The position numbers and the translations under genes were made by a program. Shown here one piece after another: positions 50,651-64,000 of a stretch of DNA of 64,000 nucleotides (its first letter is position 1; every line of letters starts with the position of its first letter). The DNA is taken from assembly GCA_964016885.1 (NCBI GenBank), contig OZ024749.1, positions 6,510,001 to 6,574,000 of the forward strand, read 5' to 3'. A model generated the notes under the pieces. That model did no database searches and was not told the origin of the DNA. It was given only the letters and a program-made list of their open reading frames with translations. Source of the stretch: Eledone cirrhosa (Eukaryota).

Positions 50651-52714
50651 AAAAAAAAAGTTGTTCTCTATCTGAATAATTCTGCTAGATATGTAGTCAT
50701 ATTATTAGTTTTAGTTGTACTATGACAGTCGTTGAATCTTACAGAATTTTCTATTAGTTCTGTCTTTAATTTTTCAATGACTACTAGAGTGTCTATTATG
50801 ACAAGTACCATATATAGTCATATATGACATGCACTAGTAGATATGTCACACCTCCATTTCCTTGTACTACATATGTTCACTTGAGGTTGTGTAGCTCCAG
50901 TAGGTAAGTCACAGGCTGTTTTTCCATGTATATTTATTGAGAGAAACATAACTTATACACATGTATACAAAGTATATTGTTCAAGGTTCATGGCTTAGTG
51001 GTTAGCACAGCGGGCTTACAATCGCGAGGTAGAGAGTTTGATTCTCAGACCAGGTTTTGCATTGTGTCCTTGAGAAATATACTTCATTTCATGTTGCTCC
51101 AGTTTACTCAGCTGTAGAAATGAGTTGCGATGTCACAGGTGCCAAGCTGTATCAGCATTTGCCTTTCCCTTGGACAACATCATATGAAATGTATATATTG
51201 TCTATAGATAGTGTATATATGGTGTAAACTGTGTATATATATATATAATTGTTTCCACTTTTGGCACAAGGCCAGCAATTATCCCAGTGCATTACTGGTA
51301 CTTTATTTTATCGACCCCGTAAGGATGAACGGCAAAGTTAACCTCAGCGGGATTTGACCTCAGAATGGCAAGGGCTGTAACTCTATGCGTTAAAGCATGG
51401 CATCCGACCCTCTACCGATACTGCCATACGATATATATATGTTGCGATGTCGCTGGTGTCAAGCTGTATCGGCCTTTGTCTTTCCCTTGGACATCATTGG
51501 TGGTGTGGAGAGGGGAGACTAGTATGCATGGGTGACTGCTGGTATTCCATAAACAACCTTGCCCGGACTTGTACCTCGGAGGGAAACTTTCTAGGTGCAA
51601 ATCCCTTGGTCATTCCTGACCGAAGGGGCTCTTTACACCTATATTGTTCAAATAATTATGTACACCATAACATACACTAGAAGACAAATAACATCTCCAT
51701 TTTACATACAATCTAAACTATAATAAAGTAAGGAGTGCAGGACTGCGTACTGTTTATAATTTTTTATCCCATTAGTAAAATAAGTTGGATTACTTTGAAT
51801 AAATAATTGTTTCTACTATTGGCACAAGGCCAGCAATTACCCAGTACATTACTGGTACTTTATTTTATCGACCCAGTAAGGATGAAAAGCAAAGTTAACC
51901 TTGGCGGGATTTGAATTATTACTTTGAATAAATAATGAATGAATATTACATAATTTATCTACTAAATTCCGTGGCTGTTCATTAAATATATTTTATTATT
52001 TATTTAAAGATTTACTTCTTTAAAATTTTCAAATGTCAACACTTCCAGTGGCGATTGCTTAAATAAACATATTAATTTTCTGTCAGTAATTTTCTCCTAA
52101 TGCAGTTTATATATGGATTACGTTACTGATTACATAAGACAGTGTAACACAGTCTTCGTTCAATTTCTGTGTATATTGTCAATTACGATTTTATTTGACG
52201 TATCATATCTACATGTGTATATACTTGTGTATAATATCAATATACACACTACACATGCTAGCAGAAAACCACCCTAAGGGTGGTTTTTCTGCTAGTTTAT
52301 ATAATAGATCTCTATTTGGCACAAAGCCAACAATTTGAAGGAGAGGAGAAAGCTGACTAAATTGACCCCAGTGTGTTACTGGTATTTTATTTTATCGACC
52401 CCATAAGGATAAATGCAAACCTAACCTCAGCAGGATTTGGACTCAGAACATAAAGGGCCATAACTATATATTGCAAAGCATTTTGTCCGACACTCTACCA
52501 ATTCAGCCAATCCACCAAATTATATAATGTAACTTTGATAGGGTTTGGCCAGTAATGGCCCAGGCTATGTCTAACTTAATAGCAAGACCTGGCTAATATA
52601 TAATCTCAATTGAGATTGTGTATGTCCAGTAGGTAAGTCCCATGCTGGCCTCCTATGGATTTTTGTTGTGAGAAATGTATGTCATATACACATGTATTTA
52701 GAATATACTGTTCA

Positions 52715-54110
52715 CATAACTGGTGTATAGTGTAAGTAATAAGATATATATATTCTATATGCATATATAACTGGTGTATATTTTATGTAAGAAGATATAC
52801 ATATTATATATATATACATATATGTATATATAACTGGTGTATATATATATATATACATATATGTATATATAACTGGTGTATATTTTATGTAAGAAGATAT
52901 ACATATCATATATATACACATATATGTATATATAACTGGTGTATATTTTATGTAAGAAGATATACATATTATATATACACACATATATGTATATATAACT
53001 GGTGTAGATTTTATGTAAGAAGATATACATATTATATATATATATACATATATGTATATATAACTGGTGTATATTTTATGTAAGAAGATATACATATTAT
53101 ATATATATACATATATGTATATATAACTGGTGTATATATATATATATATACATATATGTATATATAACTGGTGTATATTTTATGTAAGAAGATATACATA
53201 TCATATATATACACATATATGTATATATAACTGGTGTATATTTTATGTAAGAAGATATACATATTATATATACACACATATATGTATATATAACTGGTGT
53301 ATATTTTATGTAAGAAGATATACATATTATATATATATACATATATGTATATATAACTGGTGTATATATATATATATATACATATATGTATATATAACTG
53401 GTGTATATTTTATGTAAGAAGATATACATATCATATATATACACATATATGTATGAAGTATAAGAATCAAAGAACTGTTCAAAACATTATTGTGCTTACA
53501 GCTGTTTCCTCCAAACCGAGGTTTGGATTCTTCGGAGCAATTTATTAATGCATGGACAGTTATATGACCTCCTTTTCAGCCGAGAGACATACCAATACAT
53601 ATTCAAACATTGATACATATTCAAACATTGTGGGTCAACATTCATTACAGAATTTAGAGTGGCAGTACACACTTCGAGATTACATTTATATTAATAGGTA
53701 CAATCAAAAATCAAAGATATAGGTTAAAGTACAACATGAAGATAAGTGGTTATATAGTGCAAATGTTATATGTGTGGCACGCATGTGCCACACATATAAC
53801 ATTTAAATAGTATAACTAATACACATATATGTATATATAACTGGTGTATATTTTATGTAATATTAAATAGTATAACTAATACACATATATGTATATATAA
53901 CTGGTGTATATTTTATGTAAGAAGATATACATATTATATATACACACATATATGTATATATAACTGGTGTATATTTTATGTAAGAAGATATACATATTAT
54001 ATATACACACATATATGTATATATAACTGGTGTATATTTTATGTAAGAAGATATATATATTATATATATATACACATATATGTATATATAACTGGTGTAT
54101 ATTATATGTA
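52715..54110. repeat. AT-rich ~65-bp minisatellite with long/short higher-order pattern, interrupted at 53452-53804
   Basis: Unit tataactggtgtatattttatgtaagaagatatacatattatatatacacacatatatgtata. Confidence 0.9.
53452..53804 (-). mobile_element. PLE-terminus fragment with variant hammerhead (53493-53539) and terminal 20-bp hairpin
   Basis: tgct-CCGAAGA-a-tccaaac(ctcg)gtttgga-g-GAAA-cagctg-UA-agca; perfect hairpin 53761-53804. Confidence 0.65.
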
Positions 54111-54337
54111 GGAAGATCCATGCCTAAAGTTGCAAGTTCAATTTCTGACAGCGCATTGTGTCCTTGAGCAAGACACTTTATTTTATGTTGCTCCTTTTGT
54201 GTGAATTTTCAACTGACAGATAGTATTAGCAATTGGAAAGACCAATGGAAACATTGTTTCCTCGGTCTGATTTGATAAGCTCCACCCCATTCTCTAAGCC
54301 AATGAGGTCTGGGACCTTGTTGATTGACTGTCAATAC

Positions 54338-54378
<41 letters not shown>

Positions 54379-54420
54379 TAGATAAATATACACGGGTGTG
54401 TATGATTGTGTATAGAAGAT

Positions 54421-54817
54421 TATATTAATAAGAGGAATTCCAACTTTGTCTGATTTACTCGTTTTATTTACAATCCTTTAAAATTTATAATGGTATTATA
54501 ATGAAATAGTATGATAGAATATTAAATGTTAAGTGTTAATTGAACAAGTACTTTCATGCTTTCACAATCTTCAGGTTCATAATATGTAGTGACAGTCAAG
54601 TTTGCAATTTTCAACTGTTGAAAATTGACAGTTGAAAATTGCAAACTTGACTGTCACCACATATTATGAACCTGAAGATTGCGAAAGCATGAAAGTACAT
54701 GTTCAATTAACACTTAACATTTAATATTCTACCATACCATTTCATTATAATACCATTATAAATTTTAAAGGATTGTACATAAAACGAGTAAATCAGACAA
54801 AGTTGGAATTCCTCTTA

Positions 54818-54825
<8 letters not shown>
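54421..54825. mobile_element. Second fold-back palindromic element with two opposed hammerhead motifs
   Basis: ~198-bp arms, loop 54619-54627. tgaac-CUGAAGA-ttgcgaaagcat-GAAA-gtac-(at/tt)-gttca at 54667-54705 (+) and 54541-54579 (-). Followed by (TA)n. Confidence 0.78.
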
Positions 54826-54874
<49 letters not shown>

Positions 54875-55454
54875 CAATCATATATATTTTTATATATTTT
54901 TATATTTGCGTTACCCGAATTACTTTATCGTTTTTTCGCTGTGCGGATGATTAGTTTAACCACCATCTCAGTGTGTTTGGCCTTTAACGTATGTTGTAGC
55001 TCTAATTCATATGAATAATCGAGCGCTTGCCACACAACTCGGAAGTGTTTTTCGTTAATTCCTCAGCTGAAATTCGATTCTCGCTAATTTATACTTATAT
55101 ACATATAATTGTTTCTACTTTAGGCACAAGGCCAGCAATTAGCGAGTGCATTACTGGTACTTTATTTTATCGACCCCGTAAGTCAACCTCGGCAGGATTT
55201 GAACTCAGATCGTAAAGGGACGTAACTATGCTGGAAAGCATGGCGTCCGACCCTCTACCGATACTGCCAATTCACCGCCCTTATACTTATATATATATAC
55301 ACATATGACAAGTGGAGAGATGCTGTGTTGAATAGGACCCATCCTACCCTTGTAAGCAGGGAAAAGTGGACGTAAAATGATGATGATGATATATATATAT
55401 ATATATCTGTATGTCTATCTATCCCCCCCCCCCCTACCTACATCTCTCTCTATC

Positions 55455-55501
<47 letters not shown>

Positions 55502-55840
55502 GGAGGCACATGGCTTAGTGGTTAGAGCATTGGCCTTGCAATCAAAAGGTTGTGAGTTCAATTCTCAGACCGGGTGATGTGTTGTTTCCTTGAGCAAGAC
55601 ACTATTTCACATTGCTCCAGTTTACTCAGCTGTAGAAATGAGATGATAGGGACTGGGGTCCCTAACATTCCACTGCAAAGTGGTCATGGAGGTGCCACGG
55701 CAAAAAAGCACCCAGCACTCACTGTAAATGAGGTTGGTGTTAGGAAGGGCATCCAGCTGTAGAAATCAAGCCAGAATCAGTTCCCGTGCCACCCTTGCAA
55801 GCAGGGAGAAAGTGGACATAAAATGATGATGATGATGATG
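55502..55840 (+). mobile_element. CORE-SINE family A
   Basis: Full-length copy. Confidence 0.87.
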
Positions 55841-55867
55841 ATATATATATATATATATATATAATAA

Positions 55868-56076
55868 AGGATCGATCGACTTTCGTCAAATCGGACCGAG
55901 GAAACAATGTTTCCGTCGGTCTTTCCAGTTGCTAATACTATCTATCGGTCGCAACTCCAGGTAGAAGGAGCAACGTGAAATAAAGTGTCTTGCTCAAGGA
56001 CATAACGCATTGCTCGGTCCAGGAATCGAACTCACAACCTCACGATTGTGAATCCAATTCTCTAACCACTCAGCCA
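55868..56076 (-). mobile_element. CORE-SINE with a third tail type (decayed copy at 54120-54275)
   Basis: tggctgagtgg A box, gagttcgattcc B box, ccttgagcaagacac, then gatagtattagcaactggaaagaccgacggaaacattgtttcctcggtcc. Confidence 0.75.
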
Positions 56077-57539
56077 TTATATCCACATATATCCATTTGT
56101 GTAATTGTTTATTATATACCATAATACAAAAGACCTGTCTACCAATACAAGCCCTGTGATACAGTAAATATTAAACATTGTAAGAGACTGGAGGTGAGAG
56201 TATTTGGCAATGAATAGTTTAAGAGGACACCTCTGTTTGGCCAATAATGGCAACCTCTCCAATGCTGGTGTAATGGTAAAGTGCACACAGTGGCTCCTGT
56301 AAAGCAGTTGCATTGCGTGCCTTGATAAATCAGTCTACTGCTTAACCCATTAGTATTTAAACTGATCATATGTGGCCAAAATTCTGTCACCCCATTATGT
56401 CCAAACCAACTGAAACTGGCTGCTCATACTGATGTTAAGGTACTGATCTCAAAACTAAATAATATCAAAATCTCATAGATTCAATATTATGTGAGACAAT
56501 TATGTGAGGTAAAGTGTTTACCATGAAAGTACAATATATAAGAGTAATGTAAATGCTAAAGGAGTAAAGTGTTAGCACTGTTACCATGAAAAATACACCC
56601 AGTAAACCCTGCAAGGTGGTCGATGTTAAGAAAGGCAAGCGGCCATAGAAGCTATGCCAAATATGGAACATAACACCCAAAAGGTGCTCAGTCTGACAAA
56701 TCTGGTTTCCGACAGTGACAACCTGTTGAACCCATACCAGTAGGGGAAATGAATGTAAAACGGTGATGATGATGATGATGATGATGATGACAGCAATGTG
56801 TTTTTCAGACGGCTTAGTTCTACCAATGTTTACAAAATGAACAGAAACTTAAATGTTCTCTTTTCAATGATTTTTTTAGTTACCCTTCATCCCTCTCCAT
56901 CTTGCCACTGAAACAACAACAACAAGAACAACAACCACAGCAATAAAAACAACATCAACACAAAACAATAACAGTACAAAACCAAACAATAAAATAGAAT
57001 AAATAGTAATATCAATAATAACAATCTCGTTCCTCCACTCCATGAAATAGCAGACAAAACATTTAGAGAAGGAACGATGCCGTGAAAAATATTAGCACAG
57101 CATTGTAATATTGTTAACCGCTTTAAAAGCTTATATGTACAATATGATTATAGCCACAAGTCAAGAATTATAGAAATTGGAAGAAGGAATAAATAAATAA
57201 AATAAAATAAATAAAATAAAATAAAATAAAATAAACAAAATGAAAAATGAAATAAAAATAAAAAATAAAAAATAAAAGACAAACACGATTTTACAAAAAA
57301 CAAACAAACGGAACAGAACAAAACAAAATATGTGGAATAAGACAAGAAATAATAGAGATGAGAAAACTTTATTCTGGGAACGAAGATCTTATTATCCAGT
57401 AGGGAAATCTGTAAGTGGGTTGAAGCATGGAAGGAGGGTAGGGAATTATTGATATTCCCATGTGGTCGGTAAAGTATTTCACTTTGGTTAAGCGTTGAGA
57501 GTGCTTCTGCTCCATTGGAAAAGGGAAAATTATAAAATG

Positions 57540-58408
57540 TTAGTATGTCTATGTGTATATGTGTCTACGTATGTATGTATAGTATATGTGTATATGTGTC
57601 TATGTATGTATGTATATGTGTATATGTGTCTATGTATGTATGTATATATGTATCTACATATGTATATATATATGTATCTATGTATGTATGTATATATGTA
57701 TGTGTCTACGTAAGTATGTATATATGTATCTACGTACGTATGTATATTTGTATCTACATATGTATGTATATATATATGTATCAGCGTATGTATGTATATA
57801 TATGTATCTACGTATGTATGTATATATATATATGTATCTACGTACGTATGTATATATGTATCTACGCACGTATGTATATATGTATCTACGCATGTATGTA
57901 TATATATATGATTCTACATATGTATGTATATATGTATCTATGTATGCGTCTACGTATGTATGTATATATGTATCTACATATGTATGCATATATGTATCTA
58001 TGTATGTATGTATATATATATGTATCTATGTATATATATATATATGTATCTATGTATATATGTATCTACGTATGTATCATATGTATATATGTATGTGTCT
58101 ACGTATCTATGTATATATATGTATCTACGTATGTATGTATATGTGTACGCATGTATCTACATGCGTATGCATATGTGCACGTAGGTATCTACATTTGTAT
58201 GTATATATATGTATGTATGTATCTACGATTGTGTGTATGTATGTATGTATCTATGTATGTATGTACGTATGTACGTATCTACGTATATATGTATGTATGT
58301 ATATATCTACATACATATGTATGTATGTATCTACGTATGTATGTATATATCTATGTATGTATCTATGCATGTATGCATGTATATATCTATATATGTATGT
58401 ATGGTGTG

Positions 58409-58486
<78 letters not shown>

Positions 58487-58490
58487 TATA
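57540..58490. repeat. (TATG/TA)n microsatellite
   Basis: Direct inspection. Confidence 0.93.
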
Positions 58491-60280
58491 TTGGTGCAGT
58501 AGCATCATTGTCAACTGCTACAAAGGTAAAGGCGATGCACTAGATAGAGGAAACTATAGAGGTATAAAGTTGATGGACCAGGTCATGAAAGTAACAGGAA
58601 GAGTTATAGCACAGCTGATTAGGGACCGGGTGAATATAGACGAGATGCAATTTGGGTTTGTACCAGGGAAAGGCACCACTGATGCCCTCTTCCTTGTGAG
58701 GCAATTACAGGAAAAGTACCTAGCTAAAAGTAAGCCACTCTACTTGGCATTTGTCGACCTTGAGAAAGCCTTTGACAGAGTTCCACGTGCAGTAATCTGG
58801 TGGGCTCTTAGAAAACTAGGAGTAGATGAATGGCTTGTGAAAGCGGTACAAGCCATGTATAGGGGAGCAGTCAGCAAAGTTAGGATTGGCAATGAGTATA
58901 GCGAGGAATTTAGCGTACAGGTTGGGGTCCACCAGGGCTCTGTTCTTAGCCCTCTCCTGTTCATCATAGTCCTGCAGGCAATAACGGAGGAGTTTAAGAC
59001 CGGATGCCCATGAGAACTCCTGTATGCTGATGACCTCGCACTCATAGCTGAATCTATGGTAGAACTAGAGAATAAATTCCAAACCTGGAAGCAGGGACTA
59101 GAGAGAAAGGGCCTCAAAGTCAACATGACAAAGACTAAGGTCCTTGTAAGTAGACGAGAAAACAGAACCCAGATCCCCTCAGGGAAATGGCCTTGCTCAG
59201 TATGTAGGAAAGGTGTAGGTAGGAACTCCATTCTCTGCCCCAAATGCAAACAATGGGTACACAAGAGATGTAGCGGGATCTCAGGAAGCTTAATTAAGAA
59301 TGTAGGATTCACATGCAGCAGCTGTGCTGAAACAGCAAGCAAACAGCCACAGGAAACAAGTACCACCAATCTCTGGGAGGGCCCTGTAGAAACAGTAGAC
59401 AGCTTCTGCTACCTAGGTGACCGAATTAGCAACGGAGGTGGGTGCTCAGAAAGTACAATAACTAGGGTAAGAACGGGATGGAAGAAGTTTAGGGAACTAC
59501 TACCACTGCTAGCTGCAAAAGGCTTCTCCCTCAGAATGAAAGGCAGACTGTATGATGCGTGTATCCGAACAGCGATGTTGCATGGTAGTGAGACCTGGGC
59601 GCTGAAGGTGGAAGACTTACGTAGATTAGAGAGAAACGAAGCCTGCATGCTCCGATGGATGTGTAACAGTAATATACGTGAACGACAAAGCATAAAGGAA
59701 TTGAGAGAGAGACTGAGCATAAGAGGAATCAAATGCTGCGTGCAGGAGAGGCGGTTACGCTGGTATGGACATGTGATGCGTATGAAGGATGACAGCTGCA
59801 TAAAAAGGTGCAGAGCACTAGAAGTTGATGGAAACCGCGGAGTGGGGAGACCCAAGATGACTTGGGATGAGGTGATAAAAGCCGACCTTACCCAACTACA
59901 CCTCTCAAAGTCAATGACACACGACCGTGACTTCTGGCGTCACGCAGTAATACAGGGTACCCGACCTCCCATGGGTACATGCTGAAGCATATAAACAATA
60001 TGCCCCCCCCCCACCGCAAGGTGGCCGTGGAGGTGCCACGGCAAAAAAGCACCCAGCCCACACTGTAAAGTGGACGTGTAGGCGCCACGAAAAAGCACCC
60101 AGCACTCACTGTAAATGAGGTTGGTGTTAGGAAGGGCATCCAGCTGTAGAAATCAAGCCAGATCAGTTCCTGTATGAGCAAGGCATGGTCAGCCGACCAG
60201 ACACTGCCCACAACAGGACAACCCGTCTAACCCATGCTAGCGTGGAAGAACGGACGTAAAACGGTGATGATGATGATGAT
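58491..60280 (+). mobile_element. Young 5'-truncated RTE LINE (family A): RT with PHD insert and 3' UTR
   Basis: YKGKGD..NYRGIKL, QFGFVPGKGTTDA, AFVDLEKAFDRV, GVHQGSVLSPLLF, YADD, HGSETW, RLRWYGHV. A single frame 58494-59985 with one TGG>TGA stop at 59011-59013. Confidence 0.95.
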
Positions 60281-61159
60281 ATCCAGGTATGTATTTATAT
60301 ATGTATGTATCTATGTATGTTGTGCATGTATATGTATGTTATCCATGTATATGTATATATATATATATATATCTACGTATGTATGTATATATGTATGTAT
60401 CTACATATTTTATGTGTGTATGCATCTATGTATGTATGTCTGGATGTATGTCGGGTCACTCTCGAGTGCTACTGGTCACATGTAACCCAGAACAACATGT
60501 CGCATGGTAGGGTCGTCGGCGACTAAACCGGCAACCCCACCAAGTTTACTTGGTGAGGAGGGTGATTTTGCACACCCTGCAGGACAAAAACAAAACCTGA
60601 CAAAGGGTGGAAGAACTCATAAGGGTCAACGGCCACCCGAAAGTGTGTAAATATATATATACACATGTACATATGTATGTAGATGTATATGTGTATATAC
60701 ATGGGTGCATGTGTATGTATATGTGCGGGGACATAGAAATAGTCGGGCTGGACACCCGATCGCGCGGTTAAACCACTGGGAGTGAAGGACCCCTAGCCTT
60801 TCTCAGGGCATTCTTCTAGGAGAAGGCAACTCAGGAAACTGGGATAACTCCAATATAAAACCTGCGGCTCAGTAGTTACCGATGATGTTGATCTTTTCTT
60901 CTTTTCGGGTTATAGCTACTGTCTCTGAGAGAGTGGGATTGGCTCAGTGCACAGTCTTTCCTCACTTTAAAAAAACTATCTTCACGCGCAGGCATTGCAC
61001 GATGAAATTAATTAATAATTATTAATAATGGTATATCATGCAATGGCCACACTCGATAACGAGGGGGCAGCCATCATCATATGTATGTATGCATCTATGT
61101 ATGTAGGCATGTACGTAGGTAGGTATGTAGGATGGTATGTATGGAAGACACCTCAAAAT

Positions 61160-63880
<2,721 letters not shown>

Positions 63881-64000
63881 GTTTATATTTGTTTGAAGGA
63901 GTTCTTGTGACCCAGGAGAGGCTGATGTACCTTTGACACACCTGAAGAGTTCTTTTTGACCCTTTAGTTTATATCATTTTTAGTTTTGCAACCAAAGGGC

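Noticed and set aside
57586-58490. Long Tyr/Ile/Cys-rich N-terminal extension fused to the RT
   Set aside because: Microsatellite read in frame by chance upstream of a truncated LINE.
59011-59013. In-frame TGA as selenocysteine or A-to-I-rescued Trp
   Set aside because: The paralogous RTE at about 26107 has TGG, and this copy is 5'-truncated; a simple nonsense mutation explains it.

Overview
Repeat-saturated animal genomic DNA, most likely octopus/coleoid cephalopod (inferred from tRNA-derived CORE-type and Meta-type SINEs, RTE/Penelope content and very long (TA)n/(CA)n tracts). The only host coding sequence I can support is two consecutive minus-strand exons (38488-38251 and 10765-10676). 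They splice in frame and match my recollection of CCDC39 (ciliary axonemal ruler protein) without gaps, so most or all of the window is intron. The introns hold several RTE LINE families, a Tx1/L1 3' fragment, a CR1-like fragment, a decayed near-complete Penelope-like element (PLE), a non-autonomous Helitron, piggyBac-like MITEs, many SINEs and many mini/microsatellites. Nearly all long ORFs in the supplied track are repeat artefacts. Most notable observations: (1) about 11 minimal hammerhead-ribozyme motifs from several unrelated short PLE-derived elements, 8 of them sense to the host pre-mRNA, two elements forming 350-400 bp fold-back palindromes; (2) RTE reverse transcriptases with a complete PHD finger inserted inside the RT domain; (3) a SINE showing a 3' tail swap between two RTE partners; (4) a 48-bp RTE 3'-UTR module that independently seeded three minisatellites; (5) a twin-priming-type RTE inversion; (6) a 35-bp templated insertion. 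All calls are by eye; no searches or folding programs were run.
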